From: Prasinococcaceae sp. CCMP 1430
Taxonomy: Eukaryota > Plantae > Prasinodermophyta
Length of the DNA: 64,000 bases
Direction: 5' to 3'
Assembly (NCBI GenBank): GCA_013416795.1
Contig: RQSC01000523.1
Coordinates: 9,494 to 73,493 of the forward strand
Numbering within the stretch: position 1 is the stretch's first letter; every line of letters starts with the position of its first letter. Under the pieces are notes generated by a model. It was given only the letters and a program-made list of their open reading frames with translations, searched no databases and was not told the DNA's origin. Positions 55,896 to 64,000 of this stretch are shown one piece after another. The position numbers and the translations under genes were made by a program.

Positions 55896-58800
55896 ATGGC
55901 GGCACGGCGCCGCTCGGGCGCGGCGCTGGCGCTCGTGGCCGCTGCCGGCGCGGCCGCCGGCGCGGCGGCGTCGAGCGAGAGCGAACGCTTCTTGGAGCTA
56001 TTCTCGATCGAGGGCTACGGCTATGGCTATGGTCACTACGGCGGCTATGGCTACGGCTACGGCTACGGCTACGGCGGAGGCTACGGCGAACCCCCGGGAA
56101 GAGGGGAACCGCCCGAACCGACGCCCCCCCCCGCTGGGGACGAACCGACGACCCCTCCCACAGGGGGGCCGCTCGACCCGGGCGGGAGTGCTGTGTGTCC
56201 CTTCAGGTGCGCGTCCTACCATGCGGGTGCGAGCGCCAGCGATCCGCGCGTGTGCCAGTACTCGCGCTCGGGCGTCGGTGACATCGACCAAACCACCGAC
56301 GCGGGCGTCGCGTGCTTCCCCGAGTTTGGGTGCGCCGCCGACTGGAACGTGTGCTATCCGGATCGCGACGTCGCTGAGGCGCCCACGCCGGACCCCGACG
56401 ATGCGTGCGACGAGCTCGACACGCTCGAGCTCGGCGGCGGGGGCGGACTCTTCCCGCCCGACGGCGGCTACGTACCGCTGGCGAATGGCGGCTGGATGAA
56501 GAGCACGGGCGACATCGGGTGCGGCTGGGGCTCCACGTACGGTGGTGTCTCTCCTACTGAAGACTTCTCCCTCGAAGACTACGGTCGCGTGGAAAGGGTC
56601 CTCGAGGGTGACCAACTCGCCAACCCCGACAAGGCGTGCTGCCTGATCGCCAACGAGTACAACTCGGCGTCGCGCGAGGACGGGGGAAAGGCGATTCGCT
56701 TCGGCGTGAGGAACGGCGTGTGCAGAATTGATCGCGAGAAGATGATGCGCGGCAACCTTGACACGAGCTCCGGCCGCGCGCTCGCGTACACCCAGGCCTG
56801 CGGCGACGAGAGTGACACGTACTACTGGCGCCACGCCGCTGGCTCTGCCGACGCGTCCAACCTCAACAGCGGCGGGCGCTGCGTGCCCAATGGCGGCTTC
56901 CAGCGGGTGGTGGGTGACTCGCCCACGCTACCGCTCGGCCGCATTCCCGAGTCGTCGTCGTGGGAGCTGCCGAACCACGCATGCGACGGAGACACTGAGA
57001 ACAACTGCGGCATGGCCTTGAGATTTAACACGATCAACACTGCGGAGGAGTGTTGCGAGATGTGCCGCTCTGGCGCCTCGACGTGGGTGGGGCCTGCCCC
57101 GATCTTCGGCGACGGTGACTGGTCCAACAACCCCTGCCTCGCTTGGCAGATCGTGGACGGCAAGTGCCGCATCCTGCGTGCCGAGTGGTTCGACAGCAAG
57201 TACGGATCGCCCGACCTCGGCCGCCATGCTGAGGGCGACGTTGCGATGACGCCCACCGAGGTCATCGAGGCGTGCACGACGGAACCTAGCGCCTGTGAGC
57301 GAGAGGACGACAGTCACGGCCACTGGGCCGATTGCGCTGCAATGGGGCCGGACACTCCCGTCGAGGACAACTGCGATTACTACTCCTTCATGTACTTCCG
57401 CACTCTGGCGGACGCGCAGGCCGATGCGGGCGCCTCGTCGAGTGACGCCACGTACAGGAAGCTCGAGGCCATGACTGTGGGAGACGCGGGCGCCTCCGGT
57501 GACGAGACGGTCATCTCAGTATCGGCCTACGTGCACCTCTACTCGAGCCGCGAGCGTTCGCTCGACGGCGATGACGTTCGCCCGCCCGCCGCCGCGGGCG
57601 GCGGCAGCGGCATCGGTGACGGCAACTGCGCGCGCGTGGAGGTCTACGCCACGGAGGACGTTATCGCCAGCACAAGCTCCGCCAATCAGACAGTGTTCGA
57701 CGAAGAGACCGCCGCGTCGCCGCTGTGCTCCTCGAACTGCATCGCTGCGGATGGAATGCTCGAGTTGTCCTGCACCGCCGACGAGGTCTTCGGCGGAGCC
57801 GGCTCGGCACGCCGTCGCCGCCTTATGGAGAGCGGCGATGGCTCCAATGTCATCATCTCGTACTCGGCCGTCGGCACCGGCTACGACACTGCCGACTTCG
57901 GTGTGGACACTGCCTCGCCTCCCGCCGGCACCCCGACCCCGGCGACAGTCTTCACCCCCCCGCCGCCTGTCGCTCCGGTGTTGCTCGAGGACGCCCCGGT
58001 CGCGTCGCCGCCCCCGCCGGCGCGGCCAGTGGAGGAGCCTTCCGGTGGGTATGGCGACGATGAGGACTCCGGCGGCCCGTACGGCGGTCCGACTCGGGTT
58101 CCCGAGCACGCCTTCGACGACGGTCACGCTGCTGACGGCGGTGGCTATGGCGGCTACGGCAAGCCCGTTGAGGAGGAGGACGTGTGCGTGTGCGGCGTCA
58201 ATGGCGAGGAGGACGTGAAGTACGGCCTCCTCAAGATCTCTGGGGATCCGTGCGAGTGCGAGGCGCCCGTGTCCGCGCCGGACGCAAAAGCATCTCCACC
58301 GCCCGCCGCGGTGCCCGAGACCGCCAAGACGCCCCTGGCAGTGCCCCCGGCGTCGCCGACGGATGAGCCCGCGACGGCCTCCCCGCCGCCGCCCGAGATC
58401 GAGGTGCTTAAGGTGATTTCGGCCACCACCTCGCTCATCGTGGACAGCTTTGCAGGCCTCGACATCGATGCCATCAAGGCCGACTTGCTCGCTGGGATTT
58501 CCGAAGCCGCCGGCGGCGCTGACGTTACTGCGGTGGTCTCCCTGCGTGTCGTTGCTACGTACTCCTTCCCCGATGGCTTGGCATGCGCGGATATCGAGGC
58601 CGCGTACCATGTCGCCACAGGCGTGCCCTTGGATGATGTGTCGGCAGCCTGCGATGCTGCGGCGCGTCGCAGGCTCCTGGCGCAAGAGATCGAGATAACG
58701 GCGACGTTCGCCGAGTCCGAAGGTGCCGCCGCGGACGACCTCGTTGGCCTTGATCCCATCGCCGCCATGGCGGCGGAGCTGGGCGTCGACCCTTCGGACA

Positions 58801-59171
58801 TCGCGCAGACGGTCGCGCCCAAGGCATCGATCGTCATCGAATGGACTGCCGCGATCACTGACAGTGCCACTGCAGACATCGACGCGAGCACCCTGGCTGA
58901 CGCATTGAAGGACGCTGTGGACGAGGTCGCCGATGCGGCCGGCGTGGTGGCTGAGCCGTTCGTTGTAGTCGAGGGAACGACGCCTGCGGACGACGGCGCG
59001 GACGACGGCGCGGACGACGGCGCGGACGACGGCGCGGACGATGACAGTGGCCTCAACGTAGGCGCCCTCGCCGGCGGTATCATCGGCGGCGTGGTGGTGC
59101 TCGGCGCGATAGCGTTCTACGTGTGGAAGTCGTCCAAGCGCGACAGGCACGACGCCTTCGTGGGCGTTTGA
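55896..59171 (+). CDS. Type I membrane cell-surface protein (signal peptide, Gly-Tyr repeats, Cys-rich/PAN-like module, Pro-rich stalks, C-terminal TM)
   Basis: MAARRRSGAALALVAAAG; (GY)n at ~56010-56087; TAEECCEMC..PCLAWQIVDGKC; RRRRLME and RRRLLA motifs; (DDGA)4 at ~58990-59040; TM GALAGGIIGGVVVLGAIAFYVW then short tail. Confidence 0.8.
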   Translation: MAARRRSGAALALVAAAGAAAGAAASSESERFLELFSIEGYGYGYGHYGGYGYGYGYGYGGGYGEPPGRGEPPEPTPPPAGDEPTTPPTGGPLDPGGSAVCPFRCASYHAGASASDPRVCQYSRSGVGDIDQTTDAGVACFPEFGCAADWNVCYPDRDVAEAPTPDPDDACDELDTLELGGGGGLFPPDGGYVPLANGGWMKSTGDIGCGWGSTYGGVSPTEDFSLEDYGRVERVLEGDQLANPDKACCLIANEYNSASREDGGKAIRFGVRNGVCRIDREKMMRGNLDTSSGRALAYTQACGDESDTYYWRHAAGSADASNLNSGGRCVPNGGFQRVVGDSPTLPLGRIPESSSWELPNHACDGDTENNCGMALRFNTINTAEECCEMCRSGASTWVGPAPIFGDGDWSNNPCLAWQIVDGKCRILRAEWFDSKYGSPDLGRHAEGDVAMTPTEVIEACTTEPSACEREDDSHGHWADCAAMGPDTPVEDNCDYYSFMYFRTLADAQADAGASSSDATYRKLEAMTVGDAGASGDETVISVSAYVHLYSSRERSLDGDDVRPPAAAGGGSGIGDGNCARVEVYATEDVIASTSSANQTVFDEETAASPLCSSNCIAADGMLELSCTADEVFGGAGSARRRRLMESGDGSNVIISYSAVGTGYDTADFGVDTASPPAGTPTPATVFTPPPPVAPVLLEDAPVASPPPPARPVEEPSGGYGDDEDSGGPYGGPTRVPEHAFDDGHAADGGGYGGYGKPVEEEDVCVCGVNGEEDVKYGLLKISGDPCECEAPVSAPDAKASPPPAAVPETAKTPLAVPPASPTDEPATASPPPPEIEVLKVISATTSLIVDSFAGLDIDAIKADLLAGISEAAGGADVTAVVSLRVVATYSFPDGLACADIEAAYHVATGVPLDDVSAACDAAARRRLLAQEIEITATFAESEGAAADDLVGLDPIAAMAAELGVDPSDIAQTVAPKASIVIEWTAAITDSATADIDASTLADALKDAVDEVADAAGVVAEPFVVVEGTTPADDGADDGADDGADDGADDDSGLNVGALAGGIIGGVVVLGAIAFYVWKSSKRDRHDAFVGV

Positions 59172-59454
59172 GCGCACGTGGCCCTTCCCGAATGCGATTC
59201 GCGTGGTAGAGCGTCCTCCTACTGGGTCTCGACTAGATAGCAAAAGAGCTCCGGCTCGGGCTCGAGACAGAGACACAACACGGACAGAGAACGGCGACTT
59301 GCCCAGATAGACACAGTAACATGTTACACCCTGCATTGCGCACCTCAGCACGCCTCTTGCCACGCACGGACGGCTCCAAGGAAAGGGGCATGGTTGTCAG
59401 TGGTGGCATCTGCTTTGGCCTTCAAGCAACTGAACGTGCGCGCGCGCCAGCCAA

Positions 59455-62400
59455 TCAGTGACCAGAGTCGGCAGCGTCTAGCAGCGCGCGGTACGCGCCG
59501 CCCTCGCGCGTGGCCAGCTCGTGCGGCGCGCCAGTCTCAAGCAAGCGCCCGTTCCCGAGGACGCAGACCTGATCAGCGCCGGCGATTGTGTCTAAACGGT
59601 GCGCAACCACAAGCAGAGTGCGCGCGCGCCGTGTGCGGCTTGCGAGGAGCACGTTCTGGATGACCGCGTCGGTCTCGGCGTCCGTGTTTGCCGTTGCCTC
59701 ATCGAGGGCTAGCACAGGCGCGCGACTGAGCAGGACGCGCGCCAGCGCGAGCAGCTGCTTCTGGCCAGCGGACAGCGCCGTGCCCAGCCCCCCCTCGAGG
59801 GGCGTGTCAAGCCCGCCACGCTCTCGAACGACCTGATCCATCTGCGCCTCGCGCAGTGCGTCCCAGAGATCGGCGTCGGCGAATCGAGCTCGAGGATCGA
59901 GGTTGTACCGAATGGAGGCCGCAAAAAAGATGGCATCTTGTGGAATGATCGCCAGCATACTCCTCCACCTTGCGAGCGCCATGTCTCGCGAGTCCGTCCC
60001 ATCAAGGCGAATTGCGCCCCCGGTGACGTCGATCAGCTTGAAGAGCGCCAAGAGCAGACTCGACTTCCCGCTGCCCGTGCGCCCGACGATGCCCAGCGAG
60101 GTGCCCCCGGGCACACAGAGCGAAACGCCTCGCAAAACGGGCGGCAAACCCGCGCGGTATCGAGCAGTCAGGTCGACAAGCTCGAGCTGGCCTGTTCCGC
60201 TGCCCTCGCCGTCACAGCCACCCCGCTGCCCCGCCCCATCCGCCGGAAGATTGCAGTAGTCGAGCATCCTCTCCACGCTTGTGAGGTGCACCTGGAGCTC
60301 CGCGCTCTGGCGCACCGCCCACTGCAGTGCCCCGCTCAGCAGCAGCGCGCTCTCGAGCGCAATGGCCACCAATCCCGGGCCCAGCGCGTCGAGTGACGCC
60401 ACGGCCGAGATGGACGCCACGCTGACCAGCAGGGCACAAATGGCGTCCAGCCGGATGCCTAGCCACCTCTGAATTCCTATGAAGGTGATCAGCCACGCTG
60501 AGTTCTCGTGCAGCGCGCCGATGAAGGCCTCGTGGCTACGCTCTTGCGCCCCAAACGCCCGAACCGTCGTCAGTCCCGCGAGCGTCGCGCTGAAGCTCGC
60601 GTAGATCGGCGATCGGCTAACACCCTCGCTTCGCTTCACCTCGCGAGAACTCTGAAGGAAGGTGCGACGCAGCCACAAGAACACCAGCAGCAGGAAAAGC
60701 GCAGCAGGCAAGGAGAGCGGTAGCGCCACAGCTAGCAACCCGACACTCTGCGCGTTGATAGCAAAGCAGACAAAGGTATCGAGCCAGCAGTACGGCAAGA
60801 GCTCGTCGGCAGCCTGCGCATCCTTGGTGAAGCGGTTGAGGACGCGCCCAACGGGCACTGTGTGGAAGAAGCTCAGCCGCGCGCCAATCACGGAGCGCAG
60901 CATCGACGCGTGAATGCTCGAGGCCGCACTCACAAGACCGTGCATCGCCGCCAGCGATCGCGCGGGCGCCGCCACGATCAGAAGTCCCAGCAAGATTAGA
61001 TAGTTGCGCAGGTAGCGCACGTCCCCTTGGCGCTCTGCGCTGGCGTCGGACCACTCGAGCAGCACGAAGCTGGAGAGGAGTACCAGCACCTGGCACATGA
61101 CAATGCCAGCGAATACGCCCCCACTGAAGAGAAAGCCCACACGGCGCATCACTTGCACGTACACGGCCGACTCAACCTTTCCCACGCGGCTGATTTCGCG
61201 AACGAGTCCGCCGTCGGCACTCTTCGCGGACACAGCCGGCTCGGCGTCCGTACTTGCGCAAGCGACAGCATTTCCTTCCTCAGGTTTGGCGCCGCGATGA
61301 GTTGCAGCGGCAGGCACAGCGACGTTGCCGACGCTGGCAACCTCCGCGCCCGCAGCGTGGCGAGTCCCGTCCTGACGCGTGCCGACCCCGGCTGCCATGG
61401 AATCATGCTCAGCCGCTGCCGCCTCGGTGGCCATCCGCTGCAGCTCCTGGGCGCTCGCTGAGTTGGTGATGGCCGCCCGCAGCGAATTCATTGAGGTGGA
61501 CGCCCGCAAATCGCCATTGTCGCCAGAGTCGCCATCCGCAAGCACGAGACTAAGCAGTTCGGGCCGGTTCTGCTGCTTGAGCTCGCGCACAACCTCTTCG
61601 TGCGTCCCGAGGGCGGCGATCTTGCCAGCCTGTAGGACGCACACTCGGTCGCACAGAGGCAGGTATTCCCGCGAGTGCGTGGCGAGCACGACCGTGCGAC
61701 CCTTGAGCGCCCCGCAGATGCACTCTACGAAGAGGTGCCTCTTTACGGCAGAATCCACGGCGGCCAGCGGGTCGTCGAGCAAGACCGTGTCGAGTCCAGA
61801 GTACACGACGCGCGCAAGCGCCAGCCGCGCTTTCTGGCCGCCGCTCAGATTGACCCCGCGCTCGCCCAACAGCGTCGCGTCGCCGTGCGGCAACAGTTCG
61901 AGATCATGAATCAATGCAGTGCTCTCCAGGGCCAAGCGGTACAGCGCGGTGTTGTCCTTGGGTGCTTTGCTCTCGCCGCCAACTACAGCATCGCAGCCAC
62001 GCCCGGTCGCTCCAAAGCAAACGTTATCGCGCACACTTCCCGCCGCCAGCCACGGCTCCTGCGCGCAGTACGCCAGTCGGCGGGGTAAGAGGGGTAGATG
62101 GTCCACCCCTGCCTCAACGACCCCATCGCTCGCAGTTGGCGCCATGTTGCCCATGAGCGCATTCAGGAGGGAGCTCTTGCCCGCCCCCACGCTGCCCACC
62201 ACCGCGATAAGCTCGCCCCGGCGCAGCGTGAGGTGTACGCCGCGCAGCGCGGGTAGCGGGGCGCTTGCGTTATCCTCAAGTGCCCCGGTTGCGCTCTCGG
62301 CTCCTTTGCTAGCCTCAGAGGGGACGTTTTCTGGCGACATCCTCGAGTCTACCCCATCACCCACGCGTGCGTGGTAGAAGTCGCAACCACGCAGCTCCGC

Positions 62401-63738
62401 CGCCACATCCGCGCGCGTGGGCTCCTCTGCCCCACCCGCCTCGGGCAGCGCCATGAAGGCGTCAATGCGCGCGCAGCTGGCCAGCGCCTCCGCGCACGTC
62501 TCCACGCCGCGTATGGAAAATATTCCGATCCAAAGTTTCGGCAGGCGCATGAGGCTCACCACGAAGAAAGTTCCCGGTATTGTGAGCACGCCGCCGCGCG
62601 CTACGAATGTGAGGATGGCCGCACCAATCGCGACGAGGTCGATCACGAAGAAGATCGCGGAAGAGATCGCACGCAGCGAAGTCACAAAACGCAGCGAGTC
62701 CTCCTCGTCCTTGCGTAGCGCGCTCACACGCGAGATGACGCTGCGCTCGAATCCGTACATCTTGAGCGCGAGCGCGCCCTTGAGCGCCTCGGCTGTCGAG
62801 GACACGCGCGCGTCGGTGCGCGCCGCGGTGCGCGAGCGAGCCCTCGATACTTTAGTGCCCACGAAGTACTGCAGCGGAACGAGCAAAGCAAAGACAGACA
62901 TGCCCGCCACAGCGGGGGCCCAGCCCATCTCCATTCCCACCAGCAGGCCCACAACGAGAGCCTCGAGGGGCCCAAAAACTACAAACGGGTAGAACGCGCC
63001 AGCTTCCTCAAATTTGCTGACGTCGTTGGAAACGAGCGACGTGAGCGTGCCCTCGCTGGCTGCACCGGCCTCGAGACGCAGCGCCTTGGCGTGAATAGCT
63101 CCGACAGCTGAGACTCTCCACCTCATGCCGCATCTCATGCCCATCCAGAACGTCTGGTGATGGCACAGGCAGTAGGCGAAGGCACACAGGCTCATCGCGA
63201 CGGCCCAAGAATACCTCTCCCGCGCGCTCGCGCGCTCGTCGTTGAGGGCCCGCAGCAAGGCGCGCAGCAACAGCGACATGCCTATCCGCTGCGCGCTCTC
63301 CAAGGCAGCCCACAAGCAGTGCAGTCCTACGTCCCAGCGGAACGCGTGCACCAGCGAGCGCGCCATTCCTCGCGACGGGCGCGGGCGGAGTCGGGCTGTC
63401 GCGCGGCTGTCGGCGCCGCCATTGGCACCGCCGCTGGCACCGCCGTCGGCGCTACGTTGCGCGGCAGCCGCGCCGTACATGCTGCTCTCAAGCCTCGCCG
63501 TGAGCACCGCCGCGGCGTCGGAGGGCGCCATCAGCGCGCGCGCCAGCTCGACATCGATGGGCGTTGGCACGGCCCCTCCCTTGGGGGCTCCGCCGGCGGC
63601 CCGCTCGGCAGCCGCGCGGGCGAACGCGCGCCCGCGCGCGAGCACGGGCCACGCCCAGCCAAAGCTCACCCTATCGAACAGCGGCGCCGCCGCGTAGCTC
63701 GGCGGCGCCTCCACCCAATCACCGCCGCTGCCGCCCAT
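59455..63738 (-). CDS. ABCC/MRP-type full-size ABC transporter (TMD-NBD-TMD-NBD), single exon
   Basis: GSVGAGKS, NLSGGQKARLALAR, LLDDPLAAVD; FFHTVPVGRVLNRF, EVKRSEGVSRSPIY; GRTGSGKS, IIPQD, LSAGQKQL, LDEATAN, VAHRL. Confidence 0.96.
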   Translation of the reverse strand: MGGSGGDWVEAPPSYAAAPLFDRVSFGWAWPVLARGRAFARAAAERAAGGAPKGGAVPTPIDVELARALMAPSDAAAVLTARLESSMYGAAAAQRSADGGASGGANGGADSRATARLRPRPSRGMARSLVHAFRWDVGLHCLWAALESAQRIGMSLLLRALLRALNDERASARERYSWAVAMSLCAFAYCLCHHQTFWMGMRCGMRWRVSAVGAIHAKALRLEAGAASEGTLTSLVSNDVSKFEEAGAFYPFVVFGPLEALVVGLLVGMEMGWAPAVAGMSVFALLVPLQYFVGTKVSRARSRTAARTDARVSSTAEALKGALALKMYGFERSVISRVSALRKDEEDSLRFVTSLRAISSAIFFVIDLVAIGAAILTFVARGGVLTIPGTFFVVSLMRLPKLWIGIFSIRGVETCAEALASCARIDAFMALPEAGGAEEPTRADVAAELRGCDFYHARVGDGVDSRMSPENVPSEASKGAESATGALEDNASAPLPALRGVHLTLRRGELIAVVGSVGAGKSSLLNALMGNMAPTASDGVVEAGVDHLPLLPRRLAYCAQEPWLAAGSVRDNVCFGATGRGCDAVVGGESKAPKDNTALYRLALESTALIHDLELLPHGDATLLGERGVNLSGGQKARLALARVVYSGLDTVLLDDPLAAVDSAVKRHLFVECICGALKGRTVVLATHSREYLPLCDRVCVLQAGKIAALGTHEEVVRELKQQNRPELLSLVLADGDSGDNGDLRASTSMNSLRAAITNSASAQELQRMATEAAAAEHDSMAAGVGTRQDGTRHAAGAEVASVGNVAVPAAATHRGAKPEEGNAVACASTDAEPAVSAKSADGGLVREISRVGKVESAVYVQVMRRVGFLFSGGVFAGIVMCQVLVLLSSFVLLEWSDASAERQGDVRYLRNYLILLGLLIVAAPARSLAAMHGLVSAASSIHASMLRSVIGARLSFFHTVPVGRVLNRFTKDAQAADELLPYCWLDTFVCFAINAQSVGLLAVALPLSLPAALFLLLVFLWLRRTFLQSSREVKRSEGVSRSPIYASFSATLAGLTTVRAFGAQERSHEAFIGALHENSAWLITFIGIQRWLGIRLDAICALLVSVASISAVASLDALGPGLVAIALESALLLSGALQWAVRQSAELQVHLTSVERMLDYCNLPADGAGQRGGCDGEGSGTGQLELVDLTARYRAGLPPVLRGVSLCVPGGTSLGIVGRTGSGKSSLLLALFKLIDVTGGAIRLDGTDSRDMALARWRSMLAIIPQDAIFFAASIRYNLDPRARFADADLWDALREAQMDQVVRERGGLDTPLEGGLGTALSAGQKQLLALARVLLSRAPVLALDEATANTDAETDAVIQNVLLASRTRRARTLLVVAHRLDTIAGADQVCVLGNGRLLETGAPHELATREGGAYRALLDAADSGH

Positions 63739-63746
63739 CGCGGCCG

Positions 63747-63833
63747 CCCGCCCTCAAGGACGCCGACTTCGACGCCAAGCCCACCGTCCTGCTGCTAGGC
63801 CAGTACTCGGTGGGCAAGACCTCGTTCATAAGA
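63747..63833 (+). pseudogene. Isolated EHD-family P-loop exon fragment, antisense within the ABCC leader
   Basis: PALKDADFDAKPTVLLLGQYSVGKTSFIR matches the EHD1 consensus PALEDADFDxKPMVLLxGQYSTGKTTFI; no ATG, acceptor or GT donor flanks it. Confidence 0.8.
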
Positions 63834-64000
63834 GCCTCGCGCGCCGCCGCCGCCGCCGCCGCCGCCGCGGCTCGGGGAACACGGCGCGTCCGCCGACCAT
63901 CCAAAAACCCCACCGCAGAGACACAAAGTACAAAAATAGATCATATATACCGACGGGAGAGTATTGACCAGCGCTGGCGCGCCGTGGTTTGACAGGGACT

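Noticed and set aside
59455-63738. Lower GC3 and no introns in ABCC as evidence of horizontal transfer
   Set aside because: The interiors of other long genes here (TIO, GCNA, CBM20) show similarly relaxed codon bias, and ABCC is a standard eukaryotic family.
1-64000. Hundreds of overlapping Arg/Ala/Pro-rich ORFs in the track
   Set aside because: They are expected shadow and alternative frames in very GC-rich DNA with few stops; they have no motifs and overlap better-supported genes.

Overview
This is eukaryotic nuclear DNA: very GC-rich, gene-dense, with short GT-AG introns. 11 of the 18 donors I traced begin GTGCG, and several introns carry a CTGAC/CTAAC-type branch point. The gene content (PATROL1, TIO/FUSED, FtsHi, GET3, HISN6, CBM20, HVA22) points to a green alga, probably prasinophyte/Prasinoderma-like (inference). 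About 22 protein-coding genes are supported, plus two N gaps, a 50-nt poly-G run and one lone N. No rRNA, tRNA, CRISPR array or transposase was seen. The most unusual signal is a set of short foreign coding fragments at gene 5' ends: a RAD5/SNF2 motif at ~30.0 kb, unidentified pieces at ~30.1-30.5 kb and ~38.9 kb, and an EHD P-loop exon antisense in the ABCC leader at ~63.8 kb. These are either real gene-fragment capture or assembly chimeras, and the sequence alone cannot decide. Other notable items are an ankyrin-NSUN fusion with both catalytic cysteines changed to serine, an EHD ATPase carrying a PH instead of an EH domain, and a CBM20-acidic-repeat-TM protein that may tether starch to membranes.
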